A stretch of DNA of 52,293 bases, from positions 1 to 52,293 of the forward strand of contig CAIOZW010000103.1 in assembly GCA_903862855.1 (NCBI GenBank). Direction: 5' to 3'. Source of the stretch: an uncultured Acidobacteriota bacterium. GTDB lineage: Bacteria > Acidobacteriota > Blastocatellia > RBC074. This document shows, in pieces, positions 11,001-19,900 of the stretch (its first letter is position 1; the number at the start of each line of letters is the position of its first letter). The position numbers and the translations under genes are program-made. The notes below the pieces were generated by a model, which worked only from the letters and a program-made list of their open reading frames with translations, searched no databases and was not told the origin of the DNA.

Positions 11001-11440
11001 TTGAGACCGTTTTTCCAGTCAGCCATCTGCCGTGCCGCTGCACTTGTCGGATCCCCGGCCTCGGCGATTTCACTCAGAACGATTGATGCGGCCAGGATGT
11101 GTGCACACGGGGTGCGCAGATGGCCATTGCAAGTACAGCTGACGCTGGTATCCTGGTCGCTGGTCAGGAAGAAGGCGACTCGCTCGCTTCGACTCCCCTT
11201 CTTTCCATTGGGTCTTGAAAGATAGACCTCCGCTCGCGACTCATCGATCATATCGTAAAGACAGATACCAGGACTCGAGACATAAATATTGGCCAAGGCC
11301 CGATTGTAATCGGTCGCCGTTGCGAGCAGCCTTTCGGGATTGATCTTCTTGATGACCGAGGGCACCTCTCTCTCAAAGTGATCAAGTATGACCTGAACAG
11401 TCTCAGCCCGTGACAGTTTTCCAGGATTTTGGCTATTCAT
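8066..11440 (-). CDS. SWIM zinc-finger / SNF2-family helicase (1124 aa)
   Basis: The N-terminus carries a SWIM-like CxC...CxH ([18 protein letters not shown]). The C-terminal half carries the SNF2 motifs: [10 protein letters not shown] (I), DEAQAIKN (II), LTGTPVEN (III), and [37 protein letters not shown] (V/VI). Confidence 0.9.
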   Translation of the reverse strand: [1124 protein letters not shown]

Positions 11441-11458
11441 GGATTCTATGTGCAGTTC

Positions 11459-13006
11459 TCAGAGCGGGAGATTCCCATGTTTTCTTGCCGGGTTTGAGTC
11501 ACGTTTGTTCTCAAGAAGGCGGAGACCTCTGATCAGTTTGGGCCTCGTTTGTGAAGGTTCGATCACTTCATCGATATATCCGCGCTCGGCAGCGACCCAG
11601 GGAGAGGCAAACTTCTCCTGATACTCATCGATCAGTTCCTGACGACGCGCGACTCCTGAGTCACTCTTGAGAATCTCGTCACGATAGAGGATACCCACTG
11701 CACCCTCCGCTCCCATCACCGCTATCTCTGCACTTGGCCAGGCAAGGTTGAGATCGGTGCGCAGGTGCTTGGATCCCATCACGCAGTAGGCGCCGCCATA
11801 TGCTTTTCTCGTGACTACAGTGATCTTCGGAACGGTCGCCTCGGAGTAGGCGTAGAGCAGTTTAGCCCCATGCCTGATTATGCCCGAATGCTCCTGGGAG
11901 ATCCCGGGAAGGAAGCCCGGGACGTCGACCAGGGTGATGATGGGAATGTTGAAGCAGTCACAGAAACGGACAAATCGGGCCGCTTTGTCACTTGCATCGA
12001 TATCCAGCACGCCAGCCAGCCAGGCCGGCTGGTTGGCCACCAGGCCTACCACCCCACCATCCAGTCTGGCAAAGCCGATGACGATGTTCCTCGCAAACTG
12101 TTCCTGAACCTCGAAAAAAGTGCCACCATCGACAACCATCTCAATCACCTGGCGTATATCATAGGGCTTATTCGATTCAGGTGGAATGATGCTGTCGAGC
12201 CTCTCGTCGACGCGATCTACTGGATCCTGGCAGACTATCCGGGGTGGATCCTCGAGGTTGTTAGTGGGGAGGTAAGAGAGCAGTTCACGGATCAGGTGCA
12301 GACATTCTTCATCATTGTCAGCGGCAAAATGAGCGACACCACTGACGGAATTGTGTGTTTTGGCCCCTCCCAGCTCCTCCTTGGTCACCTCCTCGTGAGT
12401 CACCGTGCGGATCACGTCGGGACCGGTGATGAACATATAGCTTGTCTGCCTCACCATCAGGGTGAAATCGGTCAGGGCCGGTGAGTAGACTGCTCCTCCG
12501 GCACATGGCCCCATAATGGCCGAGATCTGAGGGATGACTCCGGAGGCCAGACTGTTGCGAAGAAAGATGTCGGCATAGCCCGCAAGGCTAGCCACACCCT
12601 CCTGAATCCGCGCCCCTCCCGAATCGTTCAGACCAATGACCGGCGCTCCGACCTTCATCGCCAGATCCATCAGTTTGCAGATCTTCGAGGCATTCGTCTC
12701 CGACAGTGATCCACCAAAAACTGTGAAATCCTGGGCAAAGACAAATACCTGCCGCCCATCGATCATTCCGTGTCCGGTCACGATTCCATCACCTGGATAC
12801 TGATCATTCTCCATACCAAAATCACGACAGCGGTGGCGAACCAGTTTGTCCAGCTCTTCAAAGCTGCCATCATCGAGCAACAGAGCGATCCGTTCACGCG
12901 CGGTCATCTTCCCGGACTTATGCTGGCGAGCTATCCGCTCTTCGCCACCTCCAAGATTGGCTGCCTGCCTCTTCTCCTGCAGTGTCCTGAATCCCTTATC
13001 AGACAT
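11459..13006 (-). CDS. acyl-CoA carboxylase carboxyltransferase beta subunit (propionyl-CoA carboxylase beta / methylmalonyl-CoA carboxyltransferase type)
   Basis: The family-typical N-terminus is present ([35 protein letters not shown]), as are [13 protein letters not shown] and the two-domain carboxyltransferase pattern. I prefer the ATG at 13006, 11 nt after the Rieske gene stop and preceded by GAGG, over the ORF-track start at 13036. Confidence 0.9.
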   Translation of the reverse strand: MSDKGFRTLQEKRQAANLGGGEERIARQHKSGKMTARERIALLLDDGSFEELDKLVRHRCRDFGMENDQYPGDGIVTGHGMIDGRQVFVFAQDFTVFGGSLSETNASKICKLMDLAMKVGAPVIGLNDSGGARIQEGVASLAGYADIFLRNSLASGVIPQISAIMGPCAGGAVYSPALTDFTLMVRQTSYMFITGPDVIRTVTHEEVTKEELGGAKTHNSVSGVAHFAADNDEECLHLIRELLSYLPTNNLEDPPRIVCQDPVDRVDERLDSIIPPESNKPYDIRQVIEMVVDGGTFFEVQEQFARNIVIGFARLDGGVVGLVANQPAWLAGVLDIDASDKAARFVRFCDCFNIPIITLVDVPGFLPGISQEHSGIIRHGAKLLYAYSEATVPKITVVTRKAYGGAYCVMGSKHLRTDLNLAWPSAEIAVMGAEGAVGILYRDEILKSDSGVARRQELIDEYQEKFASPWVAAERGYIDEVIEPSQTRPKLIRGLRLLENKRDSNPARKHGNLPL

Positions 13007-13017
13007 ATTTTGCGCCT

Positions 13018-14115
13018 CTACTCCCTGTTCATCCATTCAAACCAGAGGGAGTGGAAATGATGAAGACCATTCTCCATCTGGGGAGAATAACGTCCCCGAT
13101 CGTAGTAACGGGAACCAAGTCGTCTCTGGACTGTCTCACAGATGGTGATATCCTCCTGCTGTATTTCGTCGCTCAAACTGATCGTGGCCGCAATTCTCTC
13201 CTTTGCCGAGGGTGACTCGATGTCGTGGAAATACCACTCGAAAATGGTCAGGGTTCGCTCGTGATCGAGTGGCACGATCAGGTTGGTCGAGAGATTGTCC
13301 GGATAGATGTTGAGCATCAGGTTCGGAAAAATCCAGAAGTAGAGGGCATCAGAATGGTCTCCACTTGCCGTATAGCGACGGCGTTGATCCTCCCCTGTCC
13401 TGATTGGTGCGTCCTGACGTGAATGGTAACGGGAGGTGATCGTTCGATACTGGCGGTAGTCGATCTCCCGCATCAGGCTGGGATGGATGATCGGAACGTG
13501 GTATCCCTCGACGTAATTGTCAACATAGACCTTCCAGTTGCAGTCGATGGTATAGTCTCTGCGCCCTGCCAATCTCATCGACCCAAGCTCATAGCTACTG
13601 GTGACGGATGGTATCTCTCCAAGCATTTCAGCAAGCGTTGGATCGTTGGTCTGAAGTCGCTGCAGCCGGGCAAAGATGAACCCCTCCCAGCGGGTAACTT
13701 CGATTGGAATAAGTCCCATCATCTCCCGGTCGAAGTCGGCAACTTCCTGAAAGTCCGGCTGTCCAATCAGGCGACCGGTCAGGTCGTAGGTCCATCCGTG
13801 ATAACCGCAGCGGAACCTCTCGATACAACCGGAACCAGTCGCAATCGGGCCTGCACGGTGACGACATATATTGATAAAGCCACGAAGATGACCTGCCTGA
13901 TCGCGAACTATAACTACCGGCTCTCCTCCCACCGTTGCCGAGATATAGCTTCCCGGTTCTGGCAGTTGATCGAATCGACCAACCAGTTGCCAGGTGCGGG
14001 AGAATATCCGCTCCTCCTCCATCTTGAGGTATTCAGGTTCTGTATAGCAGGACGATGGCAGGGTCTCTGCGTGCGCTATTCTTTCATCGATCCTGAAACT
14101 GAGCCTTTCATCCAT
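13018..14115 (-). CDS. Rieske [2Fe-2S] non-haem-iron oxygenase, alpha-subunit type
   Basis: The Rieske motif is present (CRHRAGP...CGYHGW), as is a mononuclear-iron motif ([14 protein letters not shown]). Confidence 0.85.
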   Translation of the reverse strand: MDERLSFRIDERIAHAETLPSSCYTEPEYLKMEEERIFSRTWQLVGRFDQLPEPGSYISATVGGEPVVIVRDQAGHLRGFINICRHRAGPIATGSGCIERFRCGYHGWTYDLTGRLIGQPDFQEVADFDREMMGLIPIEVTRWEGFIFARLQRLQTNDPTLAEMLGEIPSVTSSYELGSMRLAGRRDYTIDCNWKVYVDNYVEGYHVPIIHPSLMREIDYRQYRTITSRYHSRQDAPIRTGEDQRRRYTASGDHSDALYFWIFPNLMLNIYPDNLSTNLIVPLDHERTLTIFEWYFHDIESPSAKERIAATISLSDEIQQEDITICETVQRRLGSRYYDRGRYSPQMENGLHHFHSLWFEWMNRE

Positions 14116-14140
14116 TGTTCGCCAGGGTTGCCAATCGGAG

Positions 14141-14398
14141 TTAGAGCCAGCAGACCGAAGGCCAGGCTGCGGCGCGGGGAAGATCTCTCGACAGGGTGTT
14201 CAAATTTACTGCCTTTATAAAAAGTTCAGTGTGCGCCTCCGGGCCGATATTTTCAAGCACTGCATCATTCGTTCCAGACTGCAATTTCTGCTCAACCCGG
14301 GCAATCTCACTTACTGCACAATCAAGATGCCGTTTACACAACATACCCGACGCGAGGGGTGATCTTGAGCCACTAACTATCGACTGGTTTGCGGTCAT
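14141..14398 (-). CDS. hypothetical small protein (85 aa), doubtful
   Basis: This is the only ORF filling the 430-bp gap between the ArgH-like and Rieske genes, on the same strand. It ends 25 nt before the Rieske start. No recognisable motif. Confidence 0.25.
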   Translation of the reverse strand: MTANQSIVSGSRSPLASGMLCKRHLDCAVSEIARVEQKLQSGTNDAVLENIGPEAHTELFIKAVNLNTLSRDLPRAAAWPSVCWL

Positions 14399-14545
14399 CG
14401 ATCCAAAATCGACCACTGGGAAGTCCAGAACTCAATGGGGCAATTGTGCGGATTGGTTACGTTTGAACCTGACGGTAAAACCATGACTTATCTGAATGAT
14501 GCCGATACCTGAGGCCAATCGCTGACTCTGCCCCTGCTATTCTGC

Positions 14546-16060
14546 CTACTCGGAGGATCCTGATCGAGCCCGCTCCAGAATTCGATTGCTCTCACGGTTG
14601 AGCTGCACTGGATAACGTTCGAGCAACCTGGTTTTCTCCCGGATCCAGCGGTGGTCATCGGCAGAGAGCCCTCTCTGCCTTTCCAGAAACTCTGCAACCG
14701 TCGAGGGGGCAGGTCCACCCGCGATCTCGCGAACTTCGACGAAATTGAGTGGGCAGAGGGCCTTCAAAAGATCGGCTCTTGAACTCCGCAGCGGTCGATC
14801 AAGCAGTTCCCGGGCGACTTCAATCAACCGGTCGACAATCTCATCGTGGGTTGCATCAGAACCAGAGATTGATTTGGCCGTTCTCCCCGCGAGCTGATGG
14901 GCAAGTCGAAAGCTGATCTTTTCACGGCGCGTCAGTGTGTCTGCCAGCTCAGTCATAGTCAGCAGGCTTCCACCTGCGCGGGTGCGGAGCGATTCCCGGT
15001 TGATGATGATCGCTTCAACGGCACCACGCAGCAGTCTGATCGCGCGTCTTGCATCACTGAAGGCACTGAAGACGAGTGGCTGAAGATCGTCTTCAACATC
15101 ATTGATATCACCAAAAGGGGTATTGTGAACGCTGGTGATCAGTGCCTGAGACTGCCCGACTGCCTTGCTGAGAAGTATTCGCACGTGCTCGAGCGCAACG
15201 GGATTCCTCTTCTGCGGCATGATCGAACTGCCCTGCACATAGCCATCGTTGAGCGTCAGGAATGAGAACTCCTGGGTCGCCCAGAGAAGCAGATCCTGGG
15301 TGAACCTTCCCAGACTGACAGCTGCGGTTGCCATTGCTCCGATGGCCTCCAGCAGATAGTCGATGCCACCAATTGCATAATAGGAGTTCTCGACCAGTCC
15401 TTCAAAACCGAGGAGGCGGGTGGTCATCGCGCGGTCGATCGGGAATCCGGTGGTGGTGATCGCGCATGCTCCAAGTGGATTGCTGTTGATATTGGTGAAG
15501 GCGCGGCGAACCCTTGCCAGATCCCGGGTCAGAAATTCGAGGGTTGCCGAGATGTAGTGGGCAAACGTCGTTGGTTGGGCAGGTTGGGTATGCGTATGCG
15601 CCGGCATGACCGTCGTCAGATTCTTACTGGCATTCCCGATCAGTGCCTCGCGAAGGTGCCAGAGATCGCGGGCAAGATCGAGCACCTCGTGGCGCAAACG
15701 CATGCGATAGAGTGTGACATCGATATCGTTGCGACTCCGCGCAATGTGCAGCTTGCCGGCTGTCTCACTCCCGATGAGGCCTGCCAGCTCGCGTTCGACA
15801 AAATAGAAGAGGTCCTCGACCGAACCATCATAGCGGGCAGAAAGAACCTTGTTCCGGTCGAGATCTGCCAGTCCACGCAGTATGGTCGTCATCTCCGACC
15901 TCGTGATGATCCGCTGGCGTCCCAGCATAAGTGCATGCGCCTGATGAATCTCGAGGAGTGAACTGAAGAAATGTCTTTGACTATCCCTGAAGTTGAATTC
16001 GAGGACGGTCTCGGCATAGACCGCTGATGGAAATTTGATTCCTGGCGTTGATTCTTTCAT
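14546..16060 (-). CDS. argininosuccinate-lyase-like fumarate-lyase superfamily enzyme (divergent paralogue, 504 aa)
   Basis: It carries the signature GSSIMPQKRNP, plus HTHTQPAQPTTFAHY and SRNDID motifs. The N-terminus is divergent and there is a ~50-aa C-terminal extension relative to what I recall of canonical ArgH. Confidence 0.8.
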   Translation of the reverse strand: MKESTPGIKFPSAVYAETVLEFNFRDSQRHFFSSLLEIHQAHALMLGRQRIITRSEMTTILRGLADLDRNKVLSARYDGSVEDLFYFVERELAGLIGSETAGKLHIARSRNDIDVTLYRMRLRHEVLDLARDLWHLREALIGNASKNLTTVMPAHTHTQPAQPTTFAHYISATLEFLTRDLARVRRAFTNINSNPLGACAITTTGFPIDRAMTTRLLGFEGLVENSYYAIGGIDYLLEAIGAMATAAVSLGRFTQDLLLWATQEFSFLTLNDGYVQGSSIMPQKRNPVALEHVRILLSKAVGQSQALITSVHNTPFGDINDVEDDLQPLVFSAFSDARRAIRLLRGAVEAIIINRESLRTRAGGSLLTMTELADTLTRREKISFRLAHQLAGRTAKSISGSDATHDEIVDRLIEVARELLDRPLRSSRADLLKALCPLNFVEVREIAGGPAPSTVAEFLERQRGLSADDHRWIREKTRLLERYPVQLNRESNRILERARSGSSE

Positions 16061-16132
16061 AGTAAATCCAAAATTCTATCAGTTACTGTTGACCTCAAAA
16101 GAATCAGTAACCGATCCAAAAGACTCTCAGTC

Positions 16133-16432
16133 TCAATACTGACCATATTTGTGACAGGCAGACATCGATCTTCCCAGCCGTGTGAAATTCAACCACATCT
16201 TGACTCCCAAGTGCAAAGAATTGATGTCCACGAGTAATGGTATTTGCAGCTCCTCCTCGAAAATCGGTGGATGGTCAAATGGGATGACCCAAGTTCCATT
16301 ATTTTTAATGTTTCGATTTGATACATATATGTAGACAGAACGGGTCAAGTTGTGTATTTTATTCACTGTGTGTACAACTATCACTGGTTGATACCCCCAC
16401 ATAACCTTGACGACGACCCCCGAGTCAGGCAA
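16133..16432 (-). CDS. orphan hypothetical ORF in AT-rich gap (99 aa from TTG, 89 aa from the internal ATG), doubtful
   Basis: ORF only. The composition is Asn/Ile/Lys-rich and matches the local AT-richness. No motif recognised. Confidence 0.2.
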   Translation of the reverse strand: MPDSGVVVKVMWGYQPVIVVHTVNKIHNLTRSVYIYVSNRNIKNNGTWVIPFDHPPIFEEELQIPLLVDINSLHLGVKMWLNFTRLGRSMSACHKYGQY

Positions 16433-16807
16433 TAGACATAAGCAAGTATCATAAAAACATCACTGTCAACATGACGAACCCTTGCGCCAATTGTTGTGAG
16501 GATCGAGTGTCAGTCCTTGGACAACACAGCGGTCTACCGGTTGGTTCATCAGGGTTCAACTATCTGCAGTGCAAAATCTCCACTTTGCTGCGGTTTGAGT
16601 GTCCGGCCAGTTTCATCGGGTATATTTGATCCTGTTTTCGTTGGGCATCCTCATATTTCATCATTTTACCTTGGTGATGATCTGGAAACTGCAAGAAGTG
16701 CGGCTCAATAAACAAGAGCTAATGTCTCAATATACCTATGACAATCGACCTGTTGCTGACCAGTCTGCTTGGAACTTACAAACTACGAAGACCCTGCGGT
16801 CATCACG

Positions 16808-16841
16808 GGTGAATCCGACTGAACTGAAGGTCCGATTCACC
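16808..16841 (+). promoter_or_regulatory. stem-loop in the putative 5' leader of the giant secreted-protein gene
   Basis: GGTGAATCCGAC pairs with GTCCGATTCACC (8+3 bp with one mismatch, 10-nt loop). It lies ~80 nt upstream of the ATG at 16920. Confidence 0.3.
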
Positions 16842-16919
16842 AGTGTGGCTGATCAAGGGGACAGATCTAACTCCCGTCAGATCGATGACCAGGGGGGATT
16901 AGAGAGGAAATAGCACACA

Positions 16920-19900
16920 ATGAAAAGAAAATTGTTGATTTTCGGGGTAATGACGCTGATGGGGCTTCTGGCTGGTTTTATGAGGCCCGTCAACAATGCA
17001 CCAATCTTCGTCCGGGCAGCCTCGGCACAGTCAGGCTCTGGGGATGGAGATCTTGTAGTTGCAAATCCAAACACGGTGGTCAATCGGTACGCCACACTGG
17101 CGATCAGCGCTCCCGCCGGATCATCCACCATATTGGTTACCTACCCCGGTGGGGAGAACGGACTCCGGGCCGATCTTCTTGCGCCGGGTGATCTGATATT
17201 AATTGTGCAGATGGCGGGTGCGGCTATAGATAACGCCAACACTGCGAATTTTGGACAGATTACAAATCTGAACAATGCTGGAAAGTATGAATTTGTCGCC
17301 ATCAGTCGTGTCGACGGCGGTTTGATCACCCTCAACCCCCCCTGTGGTGGTTTGCTCAACGACTACAGTGTCGATGGCCGGGTCCAGATCATTCGGGTCC
17401 CTCGTTACAATTCTCTCACAGTCAGTTCAGGTGCTTCACTGACTGCGCCCTCCTGGAATGGGAGCTTTGGTGGAATCATTGCGCTCAATGTTGCTGGCAC
17501 CGCAGTCATCAACGGCGAGATCAACATGAGCGGGCGTGGGTTCCGCGGTGGTCTCTCACCGGTGATTGGCGCAGCGTCAAATCGTAATGACTACGTGACC
17601 GGACAACAGGAGATCGGAGCAGAGAAGGGTGAGGGTATCGCTGGATATCAGACGGCCTACGATCAGTTTGGCGGACGTTATGGACGTGGAGCGGCTGCCA
17701 ATGGTGGAGGCGGAGGTACTGCCCATAATGCAGGTGGTGGTGGTGGGGCCAATGGTGACAACGGTTCACTCTGGACAGGTCAGGGAGTGATGGACGGGTC
17801 TGTCACCGGTGCGGTAGCCTGGCAACTCGATCCGGGATATGCCGAAAATGGAAATCGTCTGACCACCTCATCCGGTGGGGGGCGTGGCGGCTACAGTTAT
17901 GCCGAATTCGATGGAGATCCAACCAAAGTCGGACCGGGAAATCAGGCGTGGGGTGGTGATCAGCGTCGTAACGTCGGAGGACTTGGCGGTCGCCCGTTGC
18001 CCCAGAATCCGGCAAGTCGTATCTACATGGGCGGCGGAGGCGGTGGTGGTGCGCAGAATGACCTCTCTGGCGGAGCCGGCGGAAATGCCGGTGGAATGAT
18101 CTATCTGGTTGCCGGCGGGGTTACAGGGTCGGGACAGTTGATTGCAAATGGCAATCCCGGCGAGGATACCAGGAACCAGAACCGTGACGGTGCTGGCGGA
18201 GGAGGAGCTGGTGGATCCATCGTTGTCTTCTCCAACACCATCAGCGGAGTTAAGGCGGAGGCCAAAGGCGGCAAAGGTGGTGATCAGCGTACACCAATTC
18301 AGCCAAACGCCCTCGAGTCTCAGGGACCCGGTGGAGGCGGAAGTGGTGGTTTTGTTGCCTATCGTGGTGGGACGATCACTGTTGATGTGTCAGGAGGTAT
18401 CGGAGGCCGCACGGGTTCTCCCTCGCAGACTGAATTTCCCTCAAATGGTGCTACCAATGGTGCTACCGGAGCAGTACTCAGCAACCTGAACTCCATCCCC
18501 TACTGCTCGGGCACGGCCGATCTGGCCGTCACCAATTCAAATAATGCAGATAGTGTTGTTCCGGGTCTGCCCATCACTTACACGGTGACCGTCACCAACA
18601 ACGGACCAAGCGCCATCTATGGCGTCGATGTGATCGATACTCTTCCAACCGGTTTTGTCCAGGCTAGCAAAGCGTGGACCTGCCAGTCGACGGCTGGCTC
18701 GGCCTGCTCGAAGTCGACGGGGAGTGGCGATCTGGCGGGCAGAGTCAACCTCCTGGTCAATGGGGTTGCTACTTTCACCATTACCGCACTGCTCGATCCC
18801 GCCTATACCGGATCTGTCACTACACGTGCACAGGCCACTATACCGGCGGGAGGAAGCGATCCAAATCCAGCCAATAACTCCGCAACCGACACGGACCTCG
18901 CCATCCCTCGGGCCGACCTGGTGATGACGATGCACGGTACCAATGCGAGTGGGCTGCCGAGTGGCGGGTTGACCTCCAGTTCAGTCAGCTTTGTGCCGGG
19001 AACGAGTGTCACTTTCCAGATTGATATTCGTAATCTTGGACCGAGCGTGGCCAACGGTTTTGGTATCACCAATCAGCTTCCAGGTTATATCAGCCTTGTC
19101 AGTGTCAGTTGTACTCAGAGCGATGGCAGCTGTGGAGTTAGCTCGACGACCGGGAATCTCGTTCAGCTTTCCAGTCAGGGGCTGGGTGTATCAAGTGGCA
19201 ATCTCATTCGGGTCACGATCGTCGGATTTATCAATCCCTCCGCGGTTGGAACACTGACCAGCACCGCATCGCTGGTCATTCCCCCCGTAGGTCCGGTCGG
19301 CGGACTCGGTACTTTTGGAAATGGTTTCTTCGATCCGAATGTTGCCTCCAACTCCTCGACGGTCCAGGGAACTCTCTCACCGGAGTCCAATCTCAGCATC
19401 ACCAAGACCAATAATCAGTCGACGGTGACGGCGGGAACATCTACAAGCTATCAGATCGATGTCACCAATCTTGGGCCGAGTGACGCAACAGGATTGGATA
19501 TTACAGATCCACTACCTGCCGGGTTATCCCTTACCAATTTGACATGTGTCGAGACCGGCGGAAGTTGCGGAACAAATGGAACCTCTGGAAACCAGGTTCG
19601 TTACACTGGTGCCCGGCTTCCAGCTGGAGCTGGTCGTTCGCTGCGACTAGTTGTGACCGGGACGGTCAATGTTGATGCAACTGGTCAGATGGTCAACACT
19701 GCAGCGGTTACGACAGGCTCCGGTGCGACCTTTTCGGATCCGACACCTGGGAACAACTCCTCGACCGACTCGGACCAGATCATCCAGCAGGCCGATCTTG
19801 GTGTGGTGATGACGGGACCTCCCGGTAATCTCTTTGCCGGCAATGTGGTCACCTACCGGATAGTTGTGACCAATTCCGGGCCGAGCAAGTCGCTTGGCTC

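Noticed and set aside
8066-11440. SNF2 helicase as part of a DISARM/Zorya-like defence system
   Set aside because: No DUF1998, PLD nuclease, methyltransferase or ZorA/B-like partners are present. The neighbours are metabolic genes. The SWIM-SNF2 architecture is a widespread stand-alone bacterial family.
16440-16919. c-di-GMP (GEMM) riboswitch upstream of the adhesin-like giant gene
   Set aside because: The conserved GEMM-I elements (GGCAAACC...GGGACGCAAAGCC) are not present. Only generic hairpins are seen.
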